NCBI RefSeq assembly: GCF_902459465.1
Contig: NC_047062.1
Span: forward strand, 14,880,001 to 14,944,000
Length of the DNA stretch: 64,000 bases
DNA from: Asterias rubens
Lineage: Eukaryota
Direction of reading: 5' to 3'
Position 1 is the stretch's first letter. Every line of letters starts with the position of its first letter. Of the stretch, positions 1 through 12,649 are shown one piece after another. A model generated the notes under the pieces. That model did not search any database. It saw only the letters and a program-made list of their open reading frames with translations, and was not told the DNA's origin. The position numbers were made by a program, and so were the translations under genes.

Positions 1-463
1 TAACAAAATATAATGCGTTATATAACTCTGAATTACTGCTAAAAACTGGTTTTACTTAGGGTAACTGTCAAAGACTAGTATCCTCACTTGGTGTATCCCA
101 GATACGCACAAAAAACAAAATCAGTGAAAGATTAGGTTCAATTGGTTGTCAAATTTATAAGAAAATAATGAAATGAACTACCCTTGCTGGATAGAATTTT
201 GTGTTTCAGATGCCTAAGCTACTCTTTCTCTAAATCTACATTACTTCAAAGGGGGTCGTTTCTGACAATGTTTAATAATCGCCGATTTTAAAATCGATTT
301 TAAAAACGTATAGCGTTAAGGAGGTCCAAAATATTTTACCCCTATGAGGCCTTATAGTTTCTAGAAGTAATGACCGAGGCGAGGGTCTAGTGTTGACAAT
401 ATGTTTGATATCTTTTAGAAATTTATAAACTTTAGCTATTTTATTTAGTATTTACTAGTTACT

Positions 464-2091
464 GGGAATACCGGACACTTCGGCACCTCGTAAACTCGGC
501 ACCTGCAAACTCGGCACCATGCAAACTCGGCACATTGCAATCTCGGCACCCACTCGGCACCAAGAATGTCGGCACCATACAAACTCGGCATCGGCCTTTT
601 ATAATATTGACTAACAAACTTGGCACCAAGCAAAAATAACCTCGAAAGAGTTAAGTGGTTAAAATAAAGTAACGTACATGTAATAACACAATAAAAAAGG
701 ATTTGATAATTAGTAGCTTTGTAAATGCTGTTAATGGCAAAATCACTAGTTATGGGGGTTGATAAGAATTCCGAACTTTCGGGAAAATTTGGGCCCACAG
801 GAAATTTACCGTGGCGCCGCACCGAATTCAATCATGGTTCACTGAATCTACAAGTTTTTAAAATGATGTTTATGTTGATTGTGTCCATGTCGGTGAAAGT
901 GCGGCGCAATTTTTTTCATGATTTGGGTTTGGAACATTTTTTTAATTTGGTTAATGGTTTTCAATGAAATTTTTCTTTAAACAGAGCGTGATTTGCCGAA
1001 AGGCGCTGGCCGTAATCAGGGACTGATTTACCGACGGACCAGTCGCGACACTGGTTTCTGTGCGTGAAAGATCAAAGATCGTTTGGTGCACATGATCCTT
1101 TCATTGTTATTTTTTCCGTCCCGTGCTAAACGTCACTTCTACTTTCTGGTAAATTGTACGATAATTAAAATAAGTGTTATAAATAATAACTTATAACAGG
1201 ATCACACTTTTTATTGGAGTGGGGGCTGAAAATCACAGTGTGAAAATCGAACTGGGTGCCGAGTTTGTACTCCTAGAACTATTTTGGTTATCCCGAATGC
1301 ATAGCGAAGTCACGACACGTGACGAGCGTGCGCATATTATTTTTTTTTCAGGACAAATGTTGAGAATTATCTACACACGTTTGTCCTAGAATAAAAATAC
1401 ACTCAATCCGTGCTTTGCGTACAAAAACATATGGACACGTGTCTGGGAACCAGACCTCTGATTCCTAGATGTGTGTCTATATGTTTTGTACACAAAGCAC
1501 GGATCGAGTGTTTGTTTGTTTATTCTAGGACGGACGAACGTGTGCGATAATTCTCCACGTTTGTCCTGGGAAAAAAATAATACGAGCACGCTCGTCACGT
1601 GTCGTGACTTCGTGATGCGTTCGGCCGAGTTCGGGGACAATCAGCATTTGTAGTGTAGTGGTAACACGGAGTATTTTGGGACTGAATTACGGTAAGAATT
1701 TATAACTTTTAACATTTTTTGAGATTGCAGAGTGGGTTCTCTGGTCGCCCCCTCGGACATTGAAATATCAAAGGACACATAGAGCCTAACTTTGGCGAGA
1801 TTACAATAAAAATAAAGAGAGATTTCTGATTCCAAAATTCATTGAACAATGATTGAACAATGATTGAACCATGATCGTTTGACGCGTGAGAGATATAAAC
1901 CTATGACGAGGTTACTGGAGACGATAGCCGGACGAAACCAGAATAGTTCTAGGAGTACCGAGTTTGTATTTGTACATGTGCCGAGTTTGTGGGTGCCGAG
2001 TTTGCAAGGTGCCGATGTTGTAAGTGTCGAGTTTGCAAGGTGCTGAGTTTGCAGGTGCCGAGTTTGCAAGGTGCCGAAGTGACCGGTACCC
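464..2091. mobile_element. Foldback-type non-autonomous DNA transposon with terminal inverted arrays of short AAACTCGGCACC repeats
   Basis: Left end GGGAATACCGGACACTTCGGCACC and right end GGTGCCGAAGTGACCGGTACCC are inverted. The left array of (A)AACTCGGCAC units (~475-630) is mirrored by GTGCCGAGTTT units (~1955-2080). TTACTGGG occurs at both junctions (459-466, 2093-2100), so the exact TSD length is ambiguous. No transposase ORF. Confidence 0.75.
1294..1623. mobile_element. Palindromic MITE nested in the foldback element
   Basis: Imperfect inverted arms of ~150 bp (CGAAGTCACGACACGTGACGAGCGTG at 1305 versus CACGCTCGTCACGTGTCGTGACTTCG ending 1612), centred near 1455. Confidence 0.7.
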
Positions 2092-3039
2092 ATTACTGGG
2101 TCTATTACAAAGCACACATTGTGACATAGTTCTAATATTAAATATTCATCTATGTAGGCACTTGGAAATACCGGATATTCCGCTGCGCGTCGCTGTAACT
2201 AGAAATTGTGATCACTTTTAAAACTCTCGCTCGCCCCCTTACATTAAATCGCTTGTAATGGCTTGCTCTGGAATCATCAATTTCAACCTCGTCCCTAGCC
2301 ATGACACCGCAAGAGGTCGCCCTTCTTTATGTCTTTGATCGAGATCGATCCGTCAATTAGAACAAAAGTTAGCAATTTTTTTTGTAAAAGTCCATCAAGT
2401 TGGACGCATATTTTGGTCTGAGCTGATTAATGAACGCACCTAAAGCAGGTTTGTACACCTTTTATAACCTCTTAACTTACTGTATACCGAATTTCATGGC
2501 CATATCTGGCGCCGCACATATTTTTTTTTGATCCACAATTCTGTGTGTCAAGGTTGAGTGAGCCGATTTGTTTACGATTTTTCCTGATTTCTCCCGAAAA
2601 TTGTCAGCGTTCTAATGGCAATAAACATCTGCTATTTGGTTCATCGGACATAAATAATATCCAAAAAGGGGAGACAAACTATTTTATTTGATACATGAAT
2701 GATTTTTGTTTGAATTAAATTAATTATAAAGCAAGGATGGCGTAGATTATTGAGCCATTTTCTCAAGATATTTTCACCCGATCTGCCGAGTTGTGGTCAC
2801 GTGATCACCTGCTCGGCCCCTGATTGGTCCTATCTTTAATAGTTGTAAACATTGATGTTTTATTTTAACAGCTAGTTTTTGTGAATGGAAATTGAAATAA
2901 AAGGAAATAATTTTGCAGCCAACCACCAACTTTTCAGTTGTAAACAAAATATATGTGAAGTCATGAAAATTGTACAGTATTTTTTAAGTAGTTTCTAGAG
3001 AGTTTAGCCTTGTTTGTGGCACACAAAATAGACTATTAA

Positions 3040-3075
<36 letters not shown>

Positions 3076-3553
3076 CTCACACCATTTCGGCCAGTTTTTT
3101 TTGCGCAATTATCGTGCACAATATGCTTTCTACTGTATGATCAAAAGCAAAATACCCCCCCCCCCAGTATAACCAACCATAATATTAATTTGGTAAAAAA
3201 AGTGGCATTTGCCTGAGAAATAAACAAAATTTGACATTTTGTTTTTAAATCTCACAATACCGAGCCTTATTGGAAAGAATTCTTTCTGAAATTTAAACAC
3301 ATTTTTTAGGCTGTTTTTTTAATTCATAAAATCAAGTGATGTAATTGTATGTATTATAGAGGGAATCTGTTTAAACAAAATAGGTAGATTTTTTCTTTTT
3401 CAGCCATAGTTTTCCATTTGAGTCATGTCTTGATCATTTTGATACCAGACATGACGTTTTTGGATTATTTTTGCATTTTCAACTAATTTATTCAAAATGG
3501 CCGCCAGACCCTTTAAGACAAGATGGCCGCCACTGATGTAACAAAGTTTTCCT

Positions 3554-3654
3554 GCCATTGAGGAGTTTATCTATACTCAACCTCTGATCATCAAATAGTA
3601 AATACATCCATTTTGATGATCAGAGGTTGAATAATAGATAAACTCTCGAATGGC
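3554..3654. repeat. ~100-bp imperfect inverted repeat (hairpin)
   Basis: GCCATT..GAGTTTATCTAT..TCAACCTCTGATCATCAAA pairs with TTTGATGATCAGAGGTTGA..ATAGATAAACTC..AATGGC. Confidence 0.7.
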
Positions 3655-3929
3655 AATTAGACCTTTGAACGCTTGATGTTGTTGACCTCTCAACTTGACT
3701 TAGGTCATCAATGGATGACATTTGACCTCATATCTCAAAGGTCACTTAGGTTAAAGACTTTGGGCCTAACATTCAATTGTCCATTCAGTGGAGACGTCAC
3801 CCTGAAAATATTTAAGAAAAATATTAATTTTTCAATGAGTTATGGCAATATTGCATTATAAATAGTACTATAATATTAACGATTTAGGATCAGTGCCTAA
3901 TCTATGTTTTTTTGCCGTTTTTGGGGTAT

Positions 3930-4316
3930 TTAAAACTTGTTGTCGGCGTTGTCGCTGCTCTGAACTTGTTGTCGTCGTTGTCGACTTTTTAACCTAACTA
4001 GATAGAATACTACTCCTAATATTATTATTAATAGTTCTAAATAAAGAGTAATCCCGTCCGTACCTGATGCAGAGCTGACCGGAATGCCAACAACTGTTGT
4101 CGCCACTTGTGGTGCCGAAGCGATGTCCATTGAAGTGTCGTACGCGTCTATATCTATTTTAAATTGGTCCAGTTGTAATGGATCACCTCCTCCGTACTCT
4201 TGAAAGCCTCTTGGTCCACCTTTTGTCATATTATTTGGAACGTATCTTCCTCGTAATTGATCTTTTTCGGGCTCCGACGTGGACACTTTGCCGTCAAGGG
4301 ACGTGGGCGCCGCCAT
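3930..4316 (-). CDS. Intronless 128-aa hypothetical protein with a C-terminal transmembrane helix
   Basis: The ATG is in an AACATGGCGGCG context, preceded by two CCAAT boxes. The ORF MAAPTSLDGK...ITLYLELLIIILGVVFYLVRLKSRQRRQQ has a hydrophobic helix followed by a basic stop-transfer cluster. No family recognised. Confidence 0.45.
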   Translation of the reverse strand: MAAPTSLDGKVSTSEPEKDQLRGRYVPNNMTKGGPRGFQEYGGGDPLQLDQFKIDIDAYDTSMDIASAPQVATTVVGIPVSSASGTDGITLYLELLIIILGVVFYLVRLKSRQRRQQVQSSDNADNKF

Positions 4317-4446
4317 GTTTCCTTGATGAGTAATACACCGAAATGATAAGTGAACGTGTACTTCATTGGATAGAAACAGATAGAAATTGCCCAAAGGACC
4401 AATCAAAGTTCAGTTTTCTTTTTGGCTTTGGGATCAACAAACTTAG

Positions 4447-4938
4447 TCACGAGAGGGCGCTGACACTGCGAAAAGGAAAACTTCTGAAAGTTTCCTGTTT
4501 GCGTGCATCTTTTCTGCCATCATGGAGTTTGGCACACAGCCAGATGTCATAGAATTGTAGTCCTTGGTTCATCAACAACCATGCACGCTGCTGAGCCACG
4601 TTAAATTTGTCGAATTTGTATTGCTTGTAATGTCTCCCATTGAATGGAGGAAGGAATTCCTCTTGGGCCGGCCGGGTATCCCAGGATCTGTCCACCGGAG
4701 ATTGGTCTAGCTCACAGGAGGAGGAGGGTGCTATTAGAAGATACTATAATTCCTAGAGGGTTCTATCAGAAGATTTGGTGCACGTGCCATCATAAATGGG
4801 GGACCGAATCTCCAGGGCAAAATTGTTCTGCCCGGTTCTCCTAATTTTTACTACAGATATATCTCCTGTTTTAGCTATCTGTTTTTCGTTTGCATTTATT
4901 ACTTTCCATACTATATAGTTTTCCCATTCGGTTGGCAA
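4447..4938 (-). pseudogene. Possible interrupted coding sequence (two collinear in-frame ORFs separated by two TAG stops)
   Basis: ORFs 4753-4938 and 4447-4695 are in the same frame; the 57 nt between them read EL*YLLIAPSSSCELDQSP. No homology recognised. Confidence 0.25.
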
Positions 4939-5185
4939 AATCTCGGGCTGTGACGTTGCAATAGAAAGTTCTGTGGCGAAGCAGACTTTTGTATTATAGT
5001 AGTCACCAGCATAGGCGCAACATCGACTGGCTCGAATGTTAGTGCGCTAATAATTATATCCCTTCGAATGTAATTCTAATGTTGCGGCCATTTTCTTGAT
5101 CATTATTGTCAAAGACCCGTATTCTCACTTGGTTGGTGCATGGTGTATTAGGCAGGAAATAAAACATGTGAACATTTCGAATCAA

Positions 5186-5332
5186 TTGGAGACTTTCCAA
5201 CGCTAGGTGGCAGCAGACATACCGGGTAAATTTCCATTGTTTACGTAGTTCTGAACATGCGCATAATTCTGAGAACAATGGATTTACCCGGTAAGTCTGC
5301 TGCCCTCTATCGTCCCAGAAAGTCTCCCATTG
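5186..5332. mobile_element. Small palindromic MITE (related copy at ~28785-28918)
   Basis: GGAGACTTT..CTAGGTGGCAGCAGAC..GGTAAAT..ATTTACC..GTCTGCTGCC..AAAGTCTCC inverted structure; a similar sequence lies at 28785-28918. Confidence 0.6.
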
Positions 5333-5996
5333 GTCGTCGATGTGAGAGAATGAATACAATTCAAATGTTTTAGTGAGAATTAACTTCTTTCTCAAAAACT
5401 ACGTGGCTTCAAAGTGAGCCGTTTTTCACAATGTTTTACCATCAACAGCTCCCCATAGCTCGTTAGTAAGTTTCTTAGCGAACAATTATTTTGAGTAATT
5501 ACCACGGTGCCCAGTGGGTGTTTGGTCGTGAGATTTTGCACCCATTTGAAATCATTAACGTTTGACGAGGAGGATGTTTCAAACGAGGGAGCTGAGAAGA
5601 AGTTTGTACACCGTTCGCCGCGTACTTTGTTGATTTTGTTAGAGGTGTGGGGGTACGGGGGCAACTGAATCTCTCCTGCCAAACAGTACCGGTGTCGCAT
5701 GCAATTATGTTCTCTATGTAATACTATACGGAGGACATTATGCATATGCAATAATGTCCGCCGGACGGGTTTTGGATATGCAATCGTGTCCGCCCGGACG
5801 CTGCTGCATAATGCAATTGTGTCTGCCCGGACACATTTGTATATGCAGTTGTGTCCGCCCCGTGCAAAACCTTGCAGTAAATTAAACGCCCTTGGTCGAC
5901 GGAACACGTTCTCATTTTTGTTTTACAAGCGTGGAAAATATTCAGCCGTTGGGTATTCGCTGCAATCACAAACTACGTGAATAATTCATGTTGCAT

Positions 5997-6472
5997 TGAA
6001 AAGAAGGTGTACTTGAACTTTGATTTATTGGTGATCATATACCCGTGGTTCTATAGAGAAAGCAGAAATTAACCCCAATCAATTATACATATTGGGCTGG
6101 TAACAGTAATCATCGTTATACATTATACGCTATGATATGGGCCTACATGCATTTATATGCATTGTCACAATGTGGATGTAAACAAATCGAAACGTGAATT
6201 ACATGGAAAACCAACTTCCCTTAAAATCACCCTTTGTAATAATTAAAACAGTACTCACGATTAGGATGCACGCACGGGACTTTGGTGATTAATAGAAGTG
6301 ATTCGATGATTGGATTAACCTGGATATTTAGGAATTATTTGAGGAATTTACGTGATTAGTTTGGATTTGGACTTGTAAAATGGCGATTGGTATGATCATG
6401 GAAACATTGGAGATTTTGATTCAAGAGAGGGCGCTATAACGAAAACTGTCCTGTTGCGGAGACTTTCTGACA
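5997..6472 (-). repeat. 3' LTR (476 bp)
   Basis: Direct repeat of 12650-13125; no mismatch found on visual alignment. Confidence 0.95.
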
Positions 6473-6484
6473 GCCACCCCAAAT
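6473..6484 (-). other. Polypurine-tract-like site of the BEL element
   Basis: Minus strand reads ATTTGGGGTGGC immediately before the 3' LTR TG. Confidence 0.55.
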
Positions 6485-6545
6485 TTAGGCTCTAAATTTT
6501 ATCAAACAGAGAAAGTCTTCAAAAGTCCACGATAGGTGTCCAACT

Positions 6546-9500
6546 CTAGGGGTCTTCACTATCGGTGATCTCAGGTAGGCGTATCAGACGCGCAACGGGT
6601 CTGGTGTATTCGCGATCAGCGACTTTAACTCTGGCTGCTCGGATGCGATCATCAACTCCAGGAAGTGTCTCGATGACTCTACCAACTAGCCAATGAGCTC
6701 TAGGCTGCTGAAGGTCGGCAATCATGACAACATCGCCACAGGTGAGGTTACGGCAGTCCTTTTGCCATTTTGGGCGAAGTTGGAGGCTTGGCAGGTAGTA
6801 TTTCAGGAAATGTGACCAGAACTGGTCTGCTAGTACTTGGCTGTGGCGCCTTCGGCGTCGTCCTATCAGCTCGTCGACAGGGTATACTACTTGCGGAAGT
6901 GACGGGTCATGGCGTCCCATCAGTAGGATATTCGGAGTTATGGGATTGATGTCTGCAACATCAGATGAGATGTAGCCCAATGGCTTGGAATTGAGGATGC
7001 CTTCAATTTCTATCAGGACGGTGCGTAGTACGGCTTCGGTGACTGATTGGTCCTTGATTACAACCTTCAGACCGTCTTTAATACTCTTGATCTCTCGCTC
7101 CCACAGTGAGGTGCACTGGGTGGATTAAACTTGAATCTCACTTTCTGGTCGCCTAGTTGTGCAGCAAGGTCAGGTTTCATGGCATGGAATGCTTCCTGTA
7201 ATTCAGTTTCAGCTCCCTTGAAATTGGTTCCGCAATCAGATAGCAACTCATAGGGCTTCCCTCGTCTGGAAATGAAGCGCCGAAAGGACATCAAGAAGGC
7301 ATCGGTGTCCAGGCCTTCTAAGAGATCTATATGAATAGCTCTGGTCGTCATACACTTGAAGATCACCCCCCACCTTTTCTCGGAGCGGCGACCAATCTTG
7401 ACATGCATCGGACCGAAACAGTCAACACCGGTAGAGTAGAAGGCTGGCTTAAATAGACGGAGACGGGACGGAGGAAGATCACCCATCTTTGGTACTTCGG
7501 GTTTTGCGCGCCATTTGCGGCATTCAAAGCATTGATGCTGATGACGACGAATTGCCTCCCTTCCCCGGAGTATCCAAAACTTGCGTCTTAATTCAGCTAG
7601 AATACGTTCTGGACCATAGTGAAGAAGCTTCTCGTCATAGTCACGTATTATCAGCTTGGTGATGTGGTGATGAGGATCAAGGACGATTGGGTATTTAACA
7701 GCATCGGAGAGGATTTCTGCCCTACGTAGTCGTCCTCCAACTCTGATGAGCTTTGCGGTTTCGTCATAGGCTGGGTCCAACTGTGAGAGCTTGCTCCCGG
7801 ACGGTATTCCTCGTTTGGCCTTTAAGGCAGACAGCTCTTCAGGGAAGCTTTCAAGTTGACATTTTTGGTACAGAAGACTTTCGATGTCCTCCCGCAACTG
7901 TGCTGTGTCATCTCCAGGTTTGGCCACCCTGTGAAGGGATAGTTTGAAAGCCTCTACCAGAGCGTCCCAGCTGTTGTACTGATGGAGATCGGGCTGCAAT
8001 GGGTTTTCTACAATGGCAGTCTTACCACAGAAGGTTGCTTTCTTCAGCTCTGTTGCATCCTCTGTAGGGTCAGTGATTGGACTTTTCGGCCGGTGAGACG
8101 GAGGTTGACGAAGATAGAGTGGGCCTGTCTTCCATCGGGATTCTTCACTCAGTTCTTTGAGTGACTTACCCCTGGTAATGTCATCGGCAGGGTTGTTCTG
8201 GGTGTCCACATAGCGCCAGTCCTGCACATCTGTAAGGGTCTGTATTTCGGTGACACGAGTACCAACGAAGACCTTATATCGGCATGATTCTGACTTCAAC
8301 CACTGCAGGACCGTGGTCGAATCGCTCCATAGGGTGACCTTGTTGATCTCTAGGGTAAGTTCCTTACGAAGGAGATCGGCTAGTTGTGCACCAGTGAGAG
8401 CTGCTGATAACTCGAGTCGTGGCATCGATAGTTGTCTTTTCGGTGCCACTCTGGATCGAGACATGAGAAAACTGACGCTGACGTTCCCCTTGTCATCTTC
8501 AGTGCGGAGGTAGGCAACTGATCCGTATACTCGTTCAGATGCGTCACAGAAAACATGTAGTTCTCTATTGGAAGTCACTGTGTTGACATCAGGCGGGGTG
8601 TAACATCTCGGCAGTTTAACCAGAGGAAGGTCGGAGAGCTCCTCCTCCCAAGTGAGCCACTGATCACGGATCTTTCCTGGTTCCAGAGGGTCGTCCCAGT
8701 CTCGTTTTGTCTTCCAAAGGTCTTGCACTAGCACCTTAGCACGTGCTGTGAAGGGAGAAATGTAGCCAATTGGATCATACTGGCTAGCAAGAATCTTGTA
8801 GATAGTTCGTAGGTTGAGCGTCGAGTACTCAGTTGATCTGTGTTTATAACTGAGTTCGTCTGTTGAACATTGCCATCGAAGTCCAAGGGTGCCTTCGGAC
8901 AAGTCGTTCTGACCAAAGGCTAACCAGAGCTCGTAGCCTTCAGATCTGGCATTAGATGGAAGTTCATCAACTACTGAAGGGATGTTGCTGGCCCATTGTC
9001 TGATGTTGAAACCACCAGTTGAGAGTAGCTTTCGCATCTTCATAACGAGCTCCTTTGCTTCGGATATGGTAGGTTTACTGTCAAGGCAATTGTCGACGTA
9101 GAATGCCTGGTCAACTGCACTGCAGACATCCTTGTCATCGCTGACGTGTTTGCGTAGTGCAAATGTGGCACAGCATGGGCTGCACGTGGTGCCAAATGGT
9201 AAAACTTGCCATTCGTAGATATCTGGCTCAACGTCTCGGTTCATCTTACGCCATACAAATCGAAGGAGAGGTTTGTCTTCAGGGAGTAGTCTCACTTGAT
9301 GGAACATTGCCTGAATATCCCCAGATATGGCAACAGGGTGTTGGCGGAATCGCAGGAATACGCCGAGCAGTGAAGCACCTTGTGTTGGCCCTGGTAGTAG
9401 GTGATTGTTGAGGATCTTGCCTTCATACTCGTAAGAGCAGTTGAATACCAAGCGGTGTTTTCCATTGTGCTCAACTACGTGGTGCGGAATATACCAGGAC

Positions 9501-12500
9501 TCTTCAGTTTTCAGAGCTTCTTCGTTGCTGATGATTTTCACAAAGCCTGTGTCGACAAGGGTTTGGATAAGCTTGTTGTGAATTTCAGCTTTATCTGGGT
9601 GTTTTTGGAGGCGTCTTTCGTTCCGCTTCAGGTTTTGCATGACGGCTTCCTTAGTAGCTCTGAATTTGTTGTCGTCTTTGGTGCGAAGTAGAGGAGTGGC
9701 GTAGCGCTGAACTCCGTCAATCTCTATTCTGATGGTTTTCTCTTCAAGTGTCGCTATGGCTTGCTTATCTTGTTTCGAGCGAGTGACTTGCTTTTCAGAG
9801 TAGGGTAGGATGTCTGCTTGCCAGAGTCGTTCAACATTTTTAAGCAGATCTGTGGTTGGCTGAAGGGTTGTCGTGAACAAGCACTGTTGCTCTTCTGATT
9901 GGCTTTGAAGGAGATTGGCTGGACCCTGTAGAGACCAACCAAGTTTTGTGCATACAGCTAATGGTGCTCCTCTGGGGCCAAATCGAACTGGTTGTATCGG
10001 GTGAATGAGATCAGCATAGTCTGAACCAATCAGGATTAGTGGGCAAGCCTTATTGATCGGAGGCAAGGGTATCTGACGAAGGTGTGACCATCGTTTCTTG
10101 AGGGCTTCAACAGGATACGAGTACTCAGAGAGGCACAAGTTGTTGGCAGCAAAGGCACCATTGATAGGATATCTGACGTCAGAGTTGTCCCTGGGTGACA
10201 CTTGCAGGTTAACTGATTTTCCTGCACATAGGAATGGCTCACTGCGCACTGTAGCCAGGAGTATGTTGTCTTCTACCCCAGAAAGCTTCAACGCTTGAAC
10301 AGCTGGCATCAGGATCATGGTTCGCATTGAACCGTCGTCAAGGATGGCATAGGTCTCTATCATCCCTCCTGGTCCATGAAGCAGAACTTTTACCACCTTT
10401 AGCATAATATGATGTGGTCGGGAGGGTTGGTCTATGAAGAGGGCTTGCGTTACTGCTTCTGTGACGTAAACCTTACTAGCTCCGCTCTGGATGGCAGCAT
10501 GGAGGGCAGTCAGGTGCTGTTCTTTGCAGGTGTTACAAGGTTTCTTCAGGGTGCAGTTTTCTGGCTTGTGGGAACGCCCACACCTCCAGCACCTATTCTT
10601 TTCCTTGATCCAGTTAATGATCTGTTCGGTTGTCAACTGTTTAAACTCTGTACAGCTGTTGAGGTAGTGTGTTGTCTCGTTACACTTGGGACAGTAGGCT
10701 TTGGGTCTGTTTGGGCCCTTCTGTCCAGAGTAAGTGGTGTTCGTCGATGGGGGCATCATTGGTGTTTCGTTTGTGACGAATACTGCTGTTGCAGGAGCAT
10801 TCCTCTTCTGAAAGTGTTTATCCTTCTTATCAGTAGAAGGGTTGTCACTCTTCTGGATAGCAGTAGCCTGACTGACAATTCGCCTCGCTCGGGACTTCGT
10901 TTGCAACCAGTTTACAAAGTGGAGTAGGGTATAGGTGTTGTTGGAGTCTACCTTAATTATGTCTCTACTAATGCAGTGCTCCACAAATCTATCTCTGTAG
11001 CTTGATGGAAGTTTGCTTAGGAGTCGGTCGACATGAGAACCGCACTTTAATTCATAGCCATTCTCTCCCTCCAGAGATTTAAGCATCCCTACCAATGAAT
11101 GCACGGAGAGGGAAAAGTTCTCAAAGGCGTCATTGTCGTTGTACTTCACAGGGGGCATACTCAGGATGGAGTTGATTTCACTCTGTATCAACTGCCGTGG
11201 TTGACCGTACCTTTCTTTCAAGGCTTGCAGAGCTGCAGTGTATGGCTTGGCTTCATGGATGAAAGCTTCTGCTAACCTCTTGATGTTCCCACTGAGTTTA
11301 CCCAGCAAAACCTGGTACTTGTACGGCTCGGTTAAGTGGGGATGAACGTCGATCAGGTTATCGAGTGCCATTTTTAGGAGGGCAAAGTCTTTCTCCTTTC
11401 CACTGCTGAAGGTAGGTAGTACTGGCCTTGGTATGCCATATGAAGAGGCAATCAGCATCTCCGTGGAGTTCGGCATCATCATTTGTGCTGGAGCTGGCCC
11501 CATTGGATGTGATGGAGCCGGGTAAGGTTGTGCGAAGGGGTTTGGAAAAGGTGGTGCCCAACCAACCGACTGTGTTGGTGCAGTCATAGGGTAGGGATTG
11601 GTAACTGCCGGCTGCATGGACGGTGGTGTTACTTTAGATGGAGAATAAACAGACGGAGTGGTGACATCAACTACGTGTACTTCAGCTTTGTGCTTATGAG
11701 CTGCAGTATTGCTGTATGTAGGGACATCACTCAAGTTGTCTATGTGAGTATTCTCAGCACTGACTGTGATTGTTTGACCCTGGGTTGGTGAGTCAGACAA
11801 TGTTGTTTGGTTGATAGAAGATGGGGTCACAGTTTGATGCTGTTTCTCTATCTCTGGTTCTGGATCACTGTTGACCATGGCTGTGATCAGTCGTGCTTCA
11901 TTTAGCTGTTGTTCCACTTCTCGCAATCTTCTTTGTCTTGATAGTCGTGTGTTCAGAGACTCGCGCTGACGAAAAGCATTTCGCTCAATTTCTTCGGCAC
12001 GTCTACGAGCCGCAAGGGCTTCTTCGTCTGCGTGTATCCGTGCGGCATATGCCTCATCGTCTAGCCTTTGTAACTCTTCATCTGCTGATTGATCTTCCTC
12101 AATCTGGCGTTTCATCTCTTCCAGTTCAGCCTGTTTGCGTTGCTGTTTGAGTTTCGCTGATTGGGAGTCACTCAGTATTGACTTGAAGGAAGATTTACTG
12201 TGACGGGACTGTCCGCTGTAGAGTGAGTTCGATGAGTGAGAACTCCTCCGTGAACGAGATGTTTGTGTGGTTACAACGCTATGTTCATCTGTTCTGCCGG
12301 AAGTTGAAGGATGGTGGTCAATAACAAAGTCCTGAAAGTGGGCCGGCATACGTCTGTCACGAGAGGACCGAGAACGGGATTGGACGGTAACAGCACTTGT
12401 CTGTAGTCCAACTGCTGCAGCTGTAGCTGTGCTGCAAACCCCGGTAGAGGAAGGTGAGGTCTCGACGATGGTGACAGTAACTGGGACTGGATGTGTACTG

Positions 12501-12616
12501 GTAGCTGGACTTGCAACTGGAATAGTAACACCGCCAATGGTAACTGCATGGGTATCATCGAGAGGGGTTGTCTGGTTAATGTTCTCGGTCTCCATTTCAT
12601 TCGTAGCCATAGCCAT
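6546..12616 (-). CDS. BEL/Pao Gag-Pol polyprotein, frameshifted in the integrase near 7105
   Basis: Three Gag zinc knuckles (CPKCNETTHYLNSC, CWRCGRSHKPENC, CNTCKEQHLTALH), protease ILDDGS, RT YVDN, RNase H VFCDAS, integrase HHCC plus GVDCFG and SDCGTNF. The reading continues in another frame as WEREIKSIK...GYISSDVADINPITPN to the stop at 6546. The start at 12616 is inferred, because the track's start at 12691 lies inside the LTR. Confidence 0.93.
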
Positions 12617-12649
12617 AGGTCGCTGGTTCGAATCCGGCTCGAAGGACCA
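12613..12649 (-). other. Primer-binding site complementary to the tRNA-Tyr 3' end (extended)
   Basis: Minus strand TGGTCCTTCGAGCCGGATTCGAACCAGCGACCTATGG directly follows the 5' LTR. The plus strand reads as the 3' half of eukaryotic tRNA-Tyr plus CCA (tRNA sequence from memory). Confidence 0.85.

Noticed and set aside
5054-5980. ORFs of 113, 171, 93 and 81 aa
   Set aside because: They run across three different MITE families; similar peptides recur at every repeat copy (e.g. 21801-22174, 58601-59717).
7102-7108. Other CACAGTG heptamers (e.g. 7102, ~1234, ~13706, ~26446)
   Set aside because: Isolated, with no inverted partner, TSD or spaced A-tract; expected by chance.
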